Shown in pieces: positions 8,868 to 20,530 of a stretch of 64,000 bases of DNA. Positions within the stretch are counted from its first letter, which is position 1. Every line of letters starts with the position of its first letter. This DNA is from an uncultured Gammaproteobacteria bacterium (lineage in GTDB: Bacteria > Patescibacteriota > Patescibacteriia > Magasanikbacterales > GWA2-37-8), in assembly GCA_964496095.1 (NCBI GenBank), contig CAZBWU010000003.1, forward strand, positions 65,901 to 129,900, written 5' to 3'. A program made the position numbers and the translations under genes. The notes beneath the pieces were generated by a model. That model had not been told where the DNA came from. It made no database searches and saw only the letters and a program-made list of their open reading frames with translations.

Positions 8868-9129
8868 GTCTTTGACAATTGAGCCTAACAGCCGCAGCAC
8901 AGGGTGCAATCCCCTGGGTAATAGTTGGAGTATTTTTCTCTACTGCTCTGAATTATTCATCTTATTTTGAATTTATTATGGAAAATAAAAAAACTTTAAA
9001 TTTAAGAAAACTATCCTTTAAAATGAACTTAAAATTAAGTACCAAAATAATTACCGTGGCAGGCCAACTGCTGTAAGGCTAAATTGTTAAGATTAAAATA
9101 AAAGACAGGGTTTTAAACCCTGTCTTTTT
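8868..9129 (+). ncRNA. candidate ~260-nt fold-back RNA with its own promoter and terminator
   Basis: TTTACA-17-(TG)TATAGT at 8833-8861; 5' tctttgacaattgagcctaacagc pairs with 3' gctgtaaggctaaattgttaaga; terminator gacagggttttaaaccctgtcttttt. Confidence 0.55.
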
Positions 9130-9160
9130 GAATTTTTATATTCAAGCTATATATATAATT

Positions 9161-9508
9161 TTACAGCAAACTTTCAATACTTACATGCTTTGCTTTAAAA
9201 CTATAAGCCTTTTCTTCTGGTATTGCTCTGTTTGCAGCAACTACCCGAAACATGTCTCTTATCTCATTATTTGTGTTAATAAAAGAAACTTCTTTCTTAT
9301 TCCAAGTTTTTCTCTGTAAATCTTCTTTTAAACGAAGCATGGCGTGAGCTGCAGAACGAGAAATAAATTCTACATCCTCAAAATCTAAATTAACCGTTTT
9401 TGAATCGGTTTTTAAAATTAGCTTTTCTAAATTCTCTATTAAATCTCGAGAGCTTATAATAGGGGCTAAAATGCTAATTAATTTTAAGTTTGCAATTGTT
9501 TCTTTCAT
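9161..9508 (-). CDS. STAS-like (DUF4325-type) protein
   Basis: VNLDFEDVEFISRSAAHAM STAS-like motif containing a candidate phospho-Ser. Confidence 0.75.
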   Translation of the reverse strand: MKETIANLKLISILAPIISSRDLIENLEKLILKTDSKTVNLDFEDVEFISRSAAHAMLRLKEDLQRKTWNKKEVSFINTNNEIRDMFRVVAANRAIPEEKAYSFKAKHVSIESLL

Positions 9509-9536
9509 ATGTATTTATTATACCTGACCAATCATT

Positions 9537-10388
9537 TTATTCCAAATATGGACTGATGTCAATAGTACCTTTTGGCTTCATAATTCTATAAGCGATAATA
9601 ACTCCATGCCATGAAAAATCTCCTAATTTTACTATTTTTTCTTCTTTATTATCCGCAATCAAAGCAGATGATCCGGAAATAATCATAAAAGATCCTCCCA
9701 GAGCTTCACAGACCACTCTTTTTGAAGTCCGAACTCCATAACCTCTTTCCTTATCTTTTTTAGTAGAATGTCCATCCATTGCTTGAATTATAGCCTCATC
9801 ATCAGAAATTTTTAGATTCTTCTCGTCAGCATATGTTGCCGCCAAACCTTTTCCTGTATCTACAATACACATATCTAGATACTCTTTATTTGGATAATAC
9901 TGCCCAAAGATATACCCTTTACTCTCTTTACTATGCTCAAAAATATTAGTTACTAACTCACTTATAGGATAATAGATAGCATTTCGTGCACCTAGAGTTG
10001 CCCCTACTACTTTATAAATCATCTGACTAAATAAAGACTCTAGTCTTTCTCTTTCTGCACCTGCTTCACGCCGTAAAACACTAATGGGAACATAGGTTTT
10101 TCCTTGCTGAACTTCTGCTTCCAAATCAGACACACTATTTACACCATCAGGAAATTTTATCGTATTGGCATATGATTTTGTGGCGTGATTTTCGTTATTC
10201 ACTGTACTGTTAGTTTTATGGATATAAGCACTAATTGGAAGAGAAATTAGAGGGCACAAAAATTTAATCTGAGACACGTCAAATTCAATTTTCTCACCCC
10301 ATTCAATACCTTTAAGAGTATTATAAAGTGAAACAAAAGAGCTAATTAATTTATCATTTTTAGGCGCAGGTACTATGATTTTTCTCAT
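9537..10388 (-). CDS. HATPase_c (anti-sigma/Ser kinase-like) ATP-binding protein
   Basis: N box SELVTNIFEHS, G1 IVDTGKG, G2 RGYGV. Confidence 0.85.
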   Translation of the reverse strand: MRKIIVPAPKNDKLISSFVSLYNTLKGIEWGEKIEFDVSQIKFLCPLISLPISAYIHKTNSTVNNENHATKSYANTIKFPDGVNSVSDLEAEVQQGKTYVPISVLRREAGAERERLESLFSQMIYKVVGATLGARNAIYYPISELVTNIFEHSKESKGYIFGQYYPNKEYLDMCIVDTGKGLAATYADEKNLKISDDEAIIQAMDGHSTKKDKERGYGVRTSKRVVCEALGGSFMIISGSSALIADNKEEKIVKLGDFSWHGVIIAYRIMKPKGTIDISPYLE

Positions 10389-10499
10389 AAAATAAGGCAG
10401 GTCAAAATTCTAAATAACTTATCAATTTTAAATTTACTACATTTTATTGTACTTAAACAATGATAAAAAAGCAATTTAAAATTTTCTAAACAGGTATCG

Positions 10500-10570
10500 A
10501 GGCTGTCTGAATATCAAAAATATGGCCATAATAGGCAAGAAGTTTGATCACAAAGTGGGCACAAGTTTTA
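10500..10570. repeat. att-like dispersed repeat, copy C
   Basis: ctgtctg-N11-tatggccat-N13-tttgatcacaa-ag-tgggcacaa. Confidence 0.55.
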
Positions 10571-10619
10571 AATTTGTAATCTCAAAATAAAAAGATGCAA
10601 ATCACTAACGTGGACTTCA

Positions 10620-10646
10620 CTGGTTCGATCCCAGCCCTCGAAGCCA
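10620..10646 (+). other. tRNA 3'-end fragment (T-arm, acceptor strand, CCA); likely att remnant
   Basis: ctggttcgatcccag-ccctcgaa-gcca followed by a terminator-like hairpin; no D-arm upstream. Confidence 0.55.
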
Positions 10647-10707
10647 AGATAAAATAAAAAAGCCCTACTTTTGAAAGGCTTTTTTATTTATATATATATT
10701 ATGAACC

Positions 10708-11079
10708 TTATTTTTTATAATGTAAATAAATAAGGCTAGAAATTTTTGTAAGGTTAACGATAATTATGGTGGCTAGCAACCACCAGTCTATATGATGTGT
10801 CACAAAAATCTGATAAATCAATCCGCCAGAAATAAATATTGTCGCTGCTATGGTTGCGACTCGGTTGGAAAGGTTCCGATGCATAACCTCTCTCTCATCC
10901 TCACTTTTTATCTCTCCCGCCAAGGATATTAAAACTGAGTATAAAACCAAAAAAGTGCAGATAGAAATAATTGCCGGCATAGACATTTCATTCATTGGCT
11001 CAAACAGTAAATAACCAGTGACCAGGGCAATGAGTGCCAGAAGTAAAATATAGTAGATCAAAATTTTGAGACGCGGCAT
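10708..11079 (-). CDS. membrane protein (DERE motif, DUF2178-like)
   Basis: four TM helices with EDERE; downstream of an Xre gene. Confidence 0.7.
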   Translation of the reverse strand: MPRLKILIYYILLLALIALVTGYLLFEPMNEMSMPAIISICTFLVLYSVLISLAGEIKSEDEREVMHRNLSNRVATIAATIFISGGLIYQIFVTHHIDWWLLATIIIVNLTKISSLIYLHYKK

Positions 11080-11097
11080 AAAAAATAAATTAAACAA

Positions 11098-11292
11098 TTA
11101 ATTAATAGTAAATATTTTTTCCACCGGCAGATCAAAAAATTTAGCTACTTTTAAAGCCAGCCCCAAAGATGGTTCGTAATTGCCTTTTTCCATAGCAATA
11201 ATTGTCTGGCGGGAAACTTTAAGCGCGCTGGCAAATTCTTCCTGCGTAGCGCCTTGAGTTTCCCGCAATTGTTTTATTTTATTTTTAATCAT
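11098..11292 (-). CDS. Xre/Cro-family HTH transcriptional regulator
   Basis: [11 protein letters not shown]...TQEEFA...[21 protein letters not shown]. Confidence 0.93.
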   Translation of the reverse strand: MIKNKIKQLRETQGATQEEFASALKVSRQTIIAMEKGNYEPSLGLALKVAKFFDLPVEKIFTIN

Positions 11293-11296
11293 GTAT

Positions 11297-12958
11297 TTAT
11301 CCAAAAGTAAATGTATATACTTCAAGGCCTGGAGCTGGAATCTCAATAATAATTTCATGCGACGTATAACTTGTGGAATCAAATAAAGTATACAGATCCG
11401 AGCCGGAAATAGTGACCGGCTTTTGTTTTTGGCCATCAACCGTAATTTGTACAGTTATCGGTTGTTTGGCCTCAGCTACCATATGGATTTTACCAGCAAA
11501 AAAATTCATTTTTATTTTACCCGCACCTTTACTTAACTGAACAACCTCTGGAGTAAAGTTCCAAGTACCCTGTAGCGCAAAGTGATTGCTCTCCAATTGT
11601 CTTGGTAAGTAGTATTCATTTTCAGATTTATCTGGAGATTGAGACTTAGTTAAATATTCTAATCTGTTAGTACCAAAATAAATTTCTGGAGTGCCAATAT
11701 TTTGATTTGTTTCTACTTCTGCTTTGGTAACTGTTTTATTCATCCCCAAAAGTTCGGCAATGGCATTTTCGGTTTCTTCGTATTTACCTTCGCCAAAATG
11801 ATAATAACGTATATTACCATCACGATCAATAAGATAGTGAGCAGGCCAGTAATTATTATTAAAATTATTCCAGGTGCCAAAGTTATTATCCAAAGCGACT
11901 GGATAATTAATCCCATGTCGTTTAACCGCAGTTTTTACATTATCCAATACTTTTTCAAATTCAAATTCTGGTGTATGTACACCAATAACTACAAAACCCT
12001 GATCTTTGAATTTTTCATACCAGGACGTTACGTACGGTAATGTACGAATACAATTAATACAAGAATATGTCCAAAAATCTACCAGCACCACCTTACCTTT
12101 CAGATCGTTCATTGTCAGATTTTTATCTGTGTTAATCCAAGCTTTAATATTTTTAAAATCAGGCGCCTGCCCATAGTCGGGAAGGTCAACCGCAGTATTT
12201 TTGATATTGGTTTCTTGATTAATTATAGGCAAGACATTTAATTGTGGTTTTATTAATTTTTGTTCGAGCGTCGGGAAGCTGTAGTAATCCAATAGTTTCG
12301 CTTGCAACTTGAGATCATATTGAAAGTACATAGCCACTGCCAATAGCAAAATAATGGCACCAAATATTTTTTGAATACTATTAGCATATTTTGCGACAGA
12401 TCGTACTTTGGTAGTGATAGCTTGTCCCCCATAGGAAATAGCCAACATCGGCACACCGGCACCAACAGCGTAGGCAATGAGCATAGGAATTGCTTGTCCA
12501 AAGTTTGATTGAGTAGCAATAAGAGTAAGGATACTCCCCAAGATTGGCCCAGCACACGGGGTCCAGATAAGACCCAAAATCATACCCAAGACAAAACCAC
12601 CAAAATTTTTATTGCCTGCTTTTTGACTTATATTTTGGGCTTTGGTGGAAAATCCGGATAATCGTTGCGCTAATATTTCAAACAGTTTTGGAAAAAGCAT
12701 AAGCAACCCAAAAATTGCCAAACCAGCCACGGCAATATTGCGCAATAAGTCTGGCGCAATCATTAATTTTTGGACAATAAGAGACAAAGTCAATCCAGCT
12801 ATGGAAAACGTCGTAATAAATCCAAGTGTAATAAAGATTGGCCTGGTTTTACTAGTATGACCAACCGATACCCCCAAAATAATTGGGAGCATCGGCAGGA
12901 TGCAGGGCGCGCCAATTGTGAGCACGCCCGCGAGAAAAGAGAAAATAATTTGCAACAT
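11297..12958 (-). CDS. dipZ: DipZ-like protein (CcdA membrane domain + redoxin + C-terminal domain)
   Basis: APCILP and WTPCAGP CcdA cysteines; [10 protein letters not shown] redoxin motif. Confidence 0.9.
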   Translation of the reverse strand: MLQIIFSFLAGVLTIGAPCILPMLPIILGVSVGHTSKTRPIFITLGFITTFSIAGLTLSLIVQKLMIAPDLLRNIAVAGLAIFGLLMLFPKLFEILAQRLSGFSTKAQNISQKAGNKNFGGFVLGMILGLIWTPCAGPILGSILTLIATQSNFGQAIPMLIAYAVGAGVPMLAISYGGQAITTKVRSVAKYANSIQKIFGAIILLLAVAMYFQYDLKLQAKLLDYYSFPTLEQKLIKPQLNVLPIINQETNIKNTAVDLPDYGQAPDFKNIKAWINTDKNLTMNDLKGKVVLVDFWTYSCINCIRTLPYVTSWYEKFKDQGFVVIGVHTPEFEFEKVLDNVKTAVKRHGINYPVALDNNFGTWNNFNNNYWPAHYLIDRDGNIRYYHFGEGKYEETENAIAELLGMNKTVTKAEVETNQNIGTPEIYFGTNRLEYLTKSQSPDKSENEYYLPRQLESNHFALQGTWNFTPEVVQLSKGAGKIKMNFFAGKIHMVAEAKQPITVQITVDGQKQKPVTISGSDLYTLFDSTSYTSHEIIIEIPAPGLEVYTFTFG

Positions 12959-12959
12959 T

Positions 12960-13607
12960 TTATTTTAAATTACTGATTAATTCGGCAATGCCACCACCAT
13001 TCCATCTACTAATTTGGTTGCCGTTAGCATCAACCTGTATAAATGTATGTTGGTAAGTAACCCCATATTTTGTTTTCAGCTCTTTTTCAGTATCGTAGTT
13101 AGTTTTAAGTACCGTTACATTTTTAGGAATTTGACTGGTATGATCCAGAAAGTCTGCATTGGCTTCCTTACAATTCGGACACCATGAAGCCCAAAAGAAT
13201 AACACTGCTTTGCCATCATTTTTGGTGGCTTCAGCGAGTGCCGCAGGAGAGTAGTCCTTATACATTCCCACTGTGTTTGCAGTCATCATTTTTTCCTTTT
13301 CCATAGCCGCTTCTTTTTCGGCCATCATTTTTTCTTCTGGAGTCATTATCTTTTCTTTTTCCATCATCGCCGCTTTTTCTTTGTCCTCCATTTTTTGTTT
13401 TTCCATCGCTACTTGTTCAGATTCCATTTTCTCTTTCTCCATCATGGCGGTCTTTTTCTGCGATTCGGTCATGGCGTCTTCTTTTTTTATCATATTTGCA
13501 GACTGATCAGCCGAATTCTTTGTTTGGTTAGTATTAGCACAACCGGCTCCGGCAATAGCTATTACTCCCAATAACATAGTCACGCCGACGACTAACTTGT
13601 ATTGCAT
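12960..13607 (-). CDS. exported thioredoxin-family lipoprotein with a Met/Glu/Lys-rich linker
   Basis: GAGC lipobox-like signal; FWASWCPNC; MMEKEK repeats. Confidence 0.88.
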   Translation of the reverse strand: MQYKLVVGVTMLLGVIAIAGAGCANTNQTKNSADQSANMIKKEDAMTESQKKTAMMEKEKMESEQVAMEKQKMEDKEKAAMMEKEKIMTPEEKMMAEKEAAMEKEKMMTANTVGMYKDYSPAALAEATKNDGKAVLFFWASWCPNCKEANADFLDHTSQIPKNVTVLKTNYDTEKELKTKYGVTYQHTFIQVDANGNQISRWNGGGIAELISNLK

Positions 13608-13697
13608 AAGATTTTAAATTATCACCCAATTTAAATAAAGGGCTGATTTATATTAATTTTTTGTCTAGAGCAAAAAATTAAATTTATTTATTACTTA

Positions 13698-13740
13698 ATT
13701 GTAAAGTAATAAAAAAGTAATGTCAAGTCTACTTTACATT
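13698..13740 (-). promoter_or_regulatory. promoter and palindromic operator of the thioredoxin-dipZ-xre operon
   Basis: minus strand TTGACA-17-TACAAT; palindrome aatgtcaag-tcta-ctttacatt overlaps the -35. Confidence 0.65.
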
Positions 13741-13951
13741 GTTTATATCCTTACATGTTGATAACTTTACATCAATACTAATATTAGCTCTATTTTTATA
13801 GCAATTTTTCAGGTATCAAAAAACTCAGCGTGTGTTCCATTGTACAAATCACTAATATATCCAAGTAACTTGCAGAATACTAAAATTAAAAAAGCTTTTC
13901 TTAATGAAGGGTTTTTATAATTAAAAGTTTTAAATAAGTATCTGTACAGGC

Positions 13952-14040
13952 TGTGGTGACTGTCCGAAGGTGTGAAATATCGCCATAATCCCCTCTTTTT
14001 TTGGTCACAAAATGGTCACAATTTACAAAATGTGACCGCC
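13952..14040. repeat. att-like dispersed repeat, copy B
   Basis: tgtggtgactgtccg-N11-tatcgccat-N13-tttggtcacaa-aa-tggtcacaa; about 100 bp from the tRNA-Asp 3' end. Confidence 0.6.
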
Positions 14041-14135
14041 GTACCAAGTTTAAAATAACAAAAGTTGTAGGCTCGATTTCCGCTCTACTAAAACAAAAAA
14101 ACACCATTGTGTAGTGTAATATTTGTTTCTAGCTA

Positions 14136-14212
14136 TGGCGGGTCGGACGGGACTCGAACCCGCAACTTCTGCCGTGACAGGGCAGTGCTCTAACCAGTTG
14201 AACTACCGACCC
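14136..14212 (-). tRNA. tRNA-Asp(GTC)
   Basis: GGGTCGGTAGTTCAACTGG...CTGTCAC...GGTTCGAGTCC...CCGACCCGCCA. Confidence 0.97.
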
Positions 14213-14337
14213 AAATTGTCTATTTACAATAAGAAAATTATACAAAAAAACTTGGATTATGTCAACTGGCTGAATTTGTAACATTGACAAAATGAGCGTT
14301 TTAGAAATATACTCTAGCATATGAAAGAGTCCCAGCC

Positions 14338-14595
14338 ATGATGAAAAAAGAGGATGCCCGAAAGTGGCTACTGGTCACAGTGAAGCTCGCGGGTGGACCG
14401 TCAAGGTGCACCAAGAGAACAGTACTAAACGGTAAAGTACTGGCAACCATCAAGGGCTTCGCCTACAACAATTTCGGTGACGAACTCACCCTCGAGGAGT
14501 CGACTACATTCGGAAAGCTCCTCAAAATCATAAAGGGAAACATCTCCAGAATGAAGCCCTACAGGGCAGTTATTCTCCAGAAAAAGGAGTCGTAA
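14338..14595 (+). CDS. hypothetical protein (higher GC)
   Basis: follows a TTGACA...TATACT promoter at ~14284-14313. Confidence 0.55.
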   Translation: MMKKEDARKWLLVTVKLAGGPSRCTKRTVLNGKVLATIKGFAYNNFGDELTLEESTTFGKLLKIIKGNISRMKPYRAVILQKKES

Positions 14596-14898
14596 ATGCC
14601 AGGCCCAATCTGGATCATGATCCTCGCGATCCCCAACTGCTTCTTCTCGCCACCAGTCAAGATGGATCTGGGAAACCTGACATTCCTGGTCGGTTCCAGA
14701 TTCAACGTGATGGAAGATCACATTGACCCTGTCGGCAACCTGAAGTTCAATCTTTCCTGGTTGCTCAAGGGCCTGGGCAGTGACGCAGAGAAAACACTGC
14801 GCGAACTGCTCGACACCTGGGAAGTGGACATGGATCAAATCACGATCACGATCCCATGGGGATGCTACGAACCAGCGACCCGAGACAAGAACGACTAG
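14596..14898 (+). CDS. hypothetical protein (higher GC)
   Basis: in frame with the previous ORF, separated only by TAA. Confidence 0.5.
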   Translation: MPGPIWIMILAIPNCFFSPPVKMDLGNLTFLVGSRFNVMEDHIDPVGNLKFNLSWLLKGLGSDAEKTLRELLDTWEVDMDQITITIPWGCYEPATRDKND

Positions 14899-15062
14899 AT
14901 CAGAGAGAAGGCCTGACAGCAACGGTGCTCTGCAGAGGAGGTCAACCTCAAGACAAGGGACATCAACCTCGTTCGCAACACCTGATTTGTTTCTAAAAAA
15001 TTGGAAGCAGATCAGGAGGGCGACCGCGAACGAGATTTGTTTGTTCCTAAACTTTCTTAAAA

Positions 15063-15096
15063 TAAAAACCCCGCTCTATAAAGCGGGGTTTTTATT
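15063..15096. terminator. bidirectional intrinsic terminator
   Basis: aaaaccccgct-ctata-aagcggggtttttt between convergent genes. Confidence 0.8.
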
Positions 15097-15107
15097 TTAT
15101 AAATTTT

Positions 15108-15437
15108 CTACTTAAGACTACTAGTCACCTGATCCTCCAACTGTTGCGCATCTTCCGCATACTGCCAATTACCCATCATTCCTCCCCTGTACCCAGCATC
15201 ATAAGTATCTCCGCGATACATCATCATTTGGTGTGGATAATTTCTTCCATGACCATACCCGAAACCACCAAGATAAGCTCTTAACATTCCGAGCTTGTAA
15301 CCCATGCAAAAAACTATCATAAGTACCACCGCGCCCAGAAGCCAACAAAGCCAAGATTTATGACCCCAAACCATGCTATGTCCTCCACAACAACTTCCAC
15401 CTTCTTTACTACCGTTTCCCATTTTGTCGTCGCACAT
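15108..15437 (-). CDS. small membrane protein with a Gly/Met-rich tail
   Basis: one TM helix; GYRGGMMG repeats. Confidence 0.65.
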   Translation of the reverse strand: MCDDKMGNGSKEGGSCCGGHSMVWGHKSWLCWLLGAVVLMIVFCMGYKLGMLRAYLGGFGYGHGRNYPHQMMMYRGDTYDAGYRGGMMGNWQYAEDAQQLEDQVTSSLK

Positions 15438-15460
15438 ATGCTTCTAAGTTAGTTAGTTAA

Positions 15461-18439
15461 TTAATTTATTTTAAAATCTTTTATGCTTTGAAATATTTCA
15501 TCAAACACATCAATAGAACCTTTAAATACAATAACATATTTTGATTGTTCGGAGCCATTTGGAAAAAGAATTACGACCCCTGTTGCACCTTCATCTCCAC
15601 TATCTCGAGGAGGATATTCAAATTTTTTTATTTGAAATCCATTCCAAACAGACGAACTTGTAATATACTCTGTTTTTCCAAGACTAAAAGATTCTTTAGA
15701 AACAGAAAATTCGGAGAAAAATCCAGTATTGCTTTCACCTTGACTAGTAAAATAAACCCGATTTTTAGACCTTTTTACACTTAACGCATAGGGATAGGAA
15801 ATTGTAAAACTAGGCAAGTCATCACCGTTTTCCACATAGGTAGAAGCTGAATTTGCTTTTTGTTGGGCTAAAGCTAAATCCATTTCTCTCTTTGCATCAG
15901 ACTTTGCCAAAGCCACCTGATTTGCCACCTCTATCTTTACCTCCTCCGCCGACATTTTATTTGCATTTACATTCTGGCAAGTATAACCACCCAATATTGT
16001 CGTGAGTCCCAATACCCCAAAAATCAAAAGCATCTTAGAAGCCACATTCATCTTGAAACTGCTGGTTGGTTTGGCAGCGACTTTTTTCTCCATACTGGCA
16101 ATCCGCTCACGAGTTTTGATTACTGTGTCCGGATTGAGAGAAATACTATCTATTCCCTCTTGCACCAAAAATTCAGCAAACTCAGGATAATCACTTGGCG
16201 CTTGACCACAGATACCAACTTTACGCTTATTTTCATGCGCAACTTTTATTACTTGTCTAATCAAAGTTTTTACCGCTTCGTTTTTTTCATCATAAACATG
16301 ACTCACAAGAGCCGAATCTCTATCTACACCGAGTGTAAGCTGGGTCAAATCATTTGAGCCAATACTAAACCCATCAAAAATTTCACAGAATTCTTTGGCT
16401 AAAATTACATTCGCCGGAATCTCACACATCACATAGACTTTGAGACCGTCTTTGCCTCGCTCCAGGCCAAATTCTTTCATCACTGCCAAAACTTTTTTAC
16501 CTTCTTCTATTGTCCGACAAAATGGCACCATCACTATCAAATTTTTCATCCCCCACTCATTGCGGACTTTTTTGATAGCTTCACATTCTAGTTTAAATCC
16601 AGCTTTATATTTTGGATCATAATAACGAGATGCGCCTCTCCAACCAATCATTGGATTTTCTTCTTTTGGTTCGTAGGCTTGCCCACCGATTAACGTTGCA
16701 TATTCATTGGTCTTAAAATCTGACAAACGGACAATCACATCGTTAGGATGAAAAGCAGAAGTGATAAAGGCAATACCCTCGGCGAGCTTGTCTACACAGT
16801 ACTTGGATTTATCTTTATAATCGCTTGTGAGCGCGTCTATCTTGGCTTTAACATCTTTGGGCTGATCTTTATAATTGACTAGCGCCAAGGGGTGAATTTT
16901 AACAAAATTTGTAAAAATAAATTCTTCGCGAGCTAGACCGACACCGTCATTTGGTAAATTAGCGAGCGTGAAAGCATTGCTCGGATCACCCACATTCATC
17001 ATGATCTTGGTGCGAGTATCAGGGACATTTTTTATTTCAGTACGAATAACTTCAAATGGTAATAGGCCTTTGTACACATAACCAGTTTCGCCCTCGGCAC
17101 AAGACACAGTAACCTCATCTCCGGTTTTGATAGTTTGTCTGGCTTTGGCAGCGCCCACAATAGCCGGTGTGCCTAGTTCACGACTGACGATAGCGGCGTG
17201 TGAAGTCTTACCACCTTGTTCGGTGACAATAGCGCTAGCAATACGCATGATAGGCTCCCAGTCAGGATCAGTAATACGAGTAATCAAAACTTCTCCAGGT
17301 TTGAACTGTTTCATTTGCTTGGGCGAGTTGATAACTCTAGCTCTGCCCTGGCCAATTTTTTGACCAACACTTGAACCAGTGAGCAATACTTTTCCTTTTT
17401 CTTTTTGTTTTATTTGATATTGCTCTATGGTATTTATTATTTTTGATTGAACAGTTTCAGATCTAGCTTGTACAATAAATAGCTGCCCGCTAATTCCGTC
17501 TTTGGCCCATTCTATATCCATCGGATGACCATAGTGTTCTTCTATCAATACGCCCCATTTGGATAATTGCAAAACTTCGTCATCGGTCAAACAATAATTT
17601 CTTTGATCTGATGGTTTTACTTTTTCTTGCTTAGTACCAATTTTTCCGTAAATTAACTTTACTTCTTTACTTCCCAAGCGCCTACTAATAATCGACTTAA
17701 AATCATTTTTAATTCCATCTTTAAAAACATAAAACTGATCCGGAGTCACCCGGCCTTTGACCACATACTCACCAAGTCCATAAGAAGCATTGATAAGGAC
17801 TACGCCTTTGAAGCCTGATTCGGTATCTAGAGTAAACATTACACCACTAGTACCCATATCAGATCGCACCATTTCTTGTACACCCACTGAAAGAGCAATC
17901 GCTGTATGCTCATAGCCTTTATCTTCGCGATACGAGATAGCTCGGTCGGTAAATAGCGAAGCAATACATTTTTTACTTGCCAGCAACAATTCTTTTTCAC
18001 CACAAACATTGAGATAAGTTTCTTGCTGTCCAGCAAAACTAGCATCAGGCAAATCTTCGGCCGTGGCGCTAGAGCGCACAGCCACATCTAAATTAGCTTT
18101 CTTAGAAGATTTACAAAGCGCTTTATAAGCAATACCTATTTCTTTTTCTATTTGTTTAGGAAATTTGGAATCAAGAATCATTTTGCGAATTTTGCTTCCT
18201 ACTACTGCCAAATCATGCACATTTTTTTTATCTAAGCCTCTTAGAGTATCTTTTATTTTTTTATCTAAATTATTTTCTTTTATAAAGTCCCAATAAACAT
18301 CGGCGGTCAACGCAAAACCATTGGGTACTTTCATACCCTTAGAAGTAAGTTTGGCATACATTTCACCAAGGGAAGCGTTTTTACCTCCAACCGAAGGAAT
18401 GTCTTTGATGGTTAGGTCTTTAAACCAGCTTATATACAT
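15461..18439 (-). CDS. ppsA: phosphoenolpyruvate synthase with a C-terminal TM/exported extension
   Basis: VGGKNASLGEM, RSSATAEDLPDASFAGQQET, GGKTSHAAIVSRE, DGFSIGSNDLTQ; about 200 extra C-terminal residues. Confidence 0.95.
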   Translation of the reverse strand: MYISWFKDLTIKDIPSVGGKNASLGEMYAKLTSKGMKVPNGFALTADVYWDFIKENNLDKKIKDTLRGLDKKNVHDLAVVGSKIRKMILDSKFPKQIEKEIGIAYKALCKSSKKANLDVAVRSSATAEDLPDASFAGQQETYLNVCGEKELLLASKKCIASLFTDRAISYREDKGYEHTAIALSVGVQEMVRSDMGTSGVMFTLDTESGFKGVVLINASYGLGEYVVKGRVTPDQFYVFKDGIKNDFKSIISRRLGSKEVKLIYGKIGTKQEKVKPSDQRNYCLTDDEVLQLSKWGVLIEEHYGHPMDIEWAKDGISGQLFIVQARSETVQSKIINTIEQYQIKQKEKGKVLLTGSSVGQKIGQGRARVINSPKQMKQFKPGEVLITRITDPDWEPIMRIASAIVTEQGGKTSHAAIVSRELGTPAIVGAAKARQTIKTGDEVTVSCAEGETGYVYKGLLPFEVIRTEIKNVPDTRTKIMMNVGDPSNAFTLANLPNDGVGLAREEFIFTNFVKIHPLALVNYKDQPKDVKAKIDALTSDYKDKSKYCVDKLAEGIAFITSAFHPNDVIVRLSDFKTNEYATLIGGQAYEPKEENPMIGWRGASRYYDPKYKAGFKLECEAIKKVRNEWGMKNLIVMVPFCRTIEEGKKVLAVMKEFGLERGKDGLKVYVMCEIPANVILAKEFCEIFDGFSIGSNDLTQLTLGVDRDSALVSHVYDEKNEAVKTLIRQVIKVAHENKRKVGICGQAPSDYPEFAEFLVQEGIDSISLNPDTVIKTRERIASMEKKVAAKPTSSFKMNVASKMLLIFGVLGLTTILGGYTCQNVNANKMSAEEVKIEVANQVALAKSDAKREMDLALAQQKANSASTYVENGDDLPSFTISYPYALSVKRSKNRVYFTSQGESNTGFFSEFSVSKESFSLGKTEYITSSSVWNGFQIKKFEYPPRDSGDEGATGVVILFPNGSEQSKYVIVFKGSIDVFDEIFQSIKDFKIN

Positions 18440-18485
18440 AGCGCGTATATTTTACCACTTTTTGGAGAAAACTAAAAGGCCGTAA

Positions 18486-20525
<2,040 letters not shown>

Positions 20526-20530
20526 TTAAT

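Noticed and set aside
8879-9076. 65-aa ORF with TTG start
   Set aside because: Starts about 10 nt after the predicted transcription start, inside the paired stem, with no RBS; only the inner 32-aa ORF is kept as a possibility
8868-9129. SRP RNA or RNase P RNA identity for the fold-back RNA
   Set aside because: No SRP helix-8 motif and no RNase P GAGGAAAGUCC signature found
13270-13480. Tandem repeats in the thioredoxin gene
   Set aside because: Protein-level low-complexity MMEKEK linker, not a DNA repeat array
14129-14320. ORFs overlapping tRNAs (also 34124..34360)
   Set aside because: Spurious translations of tRNA and repeat sequence
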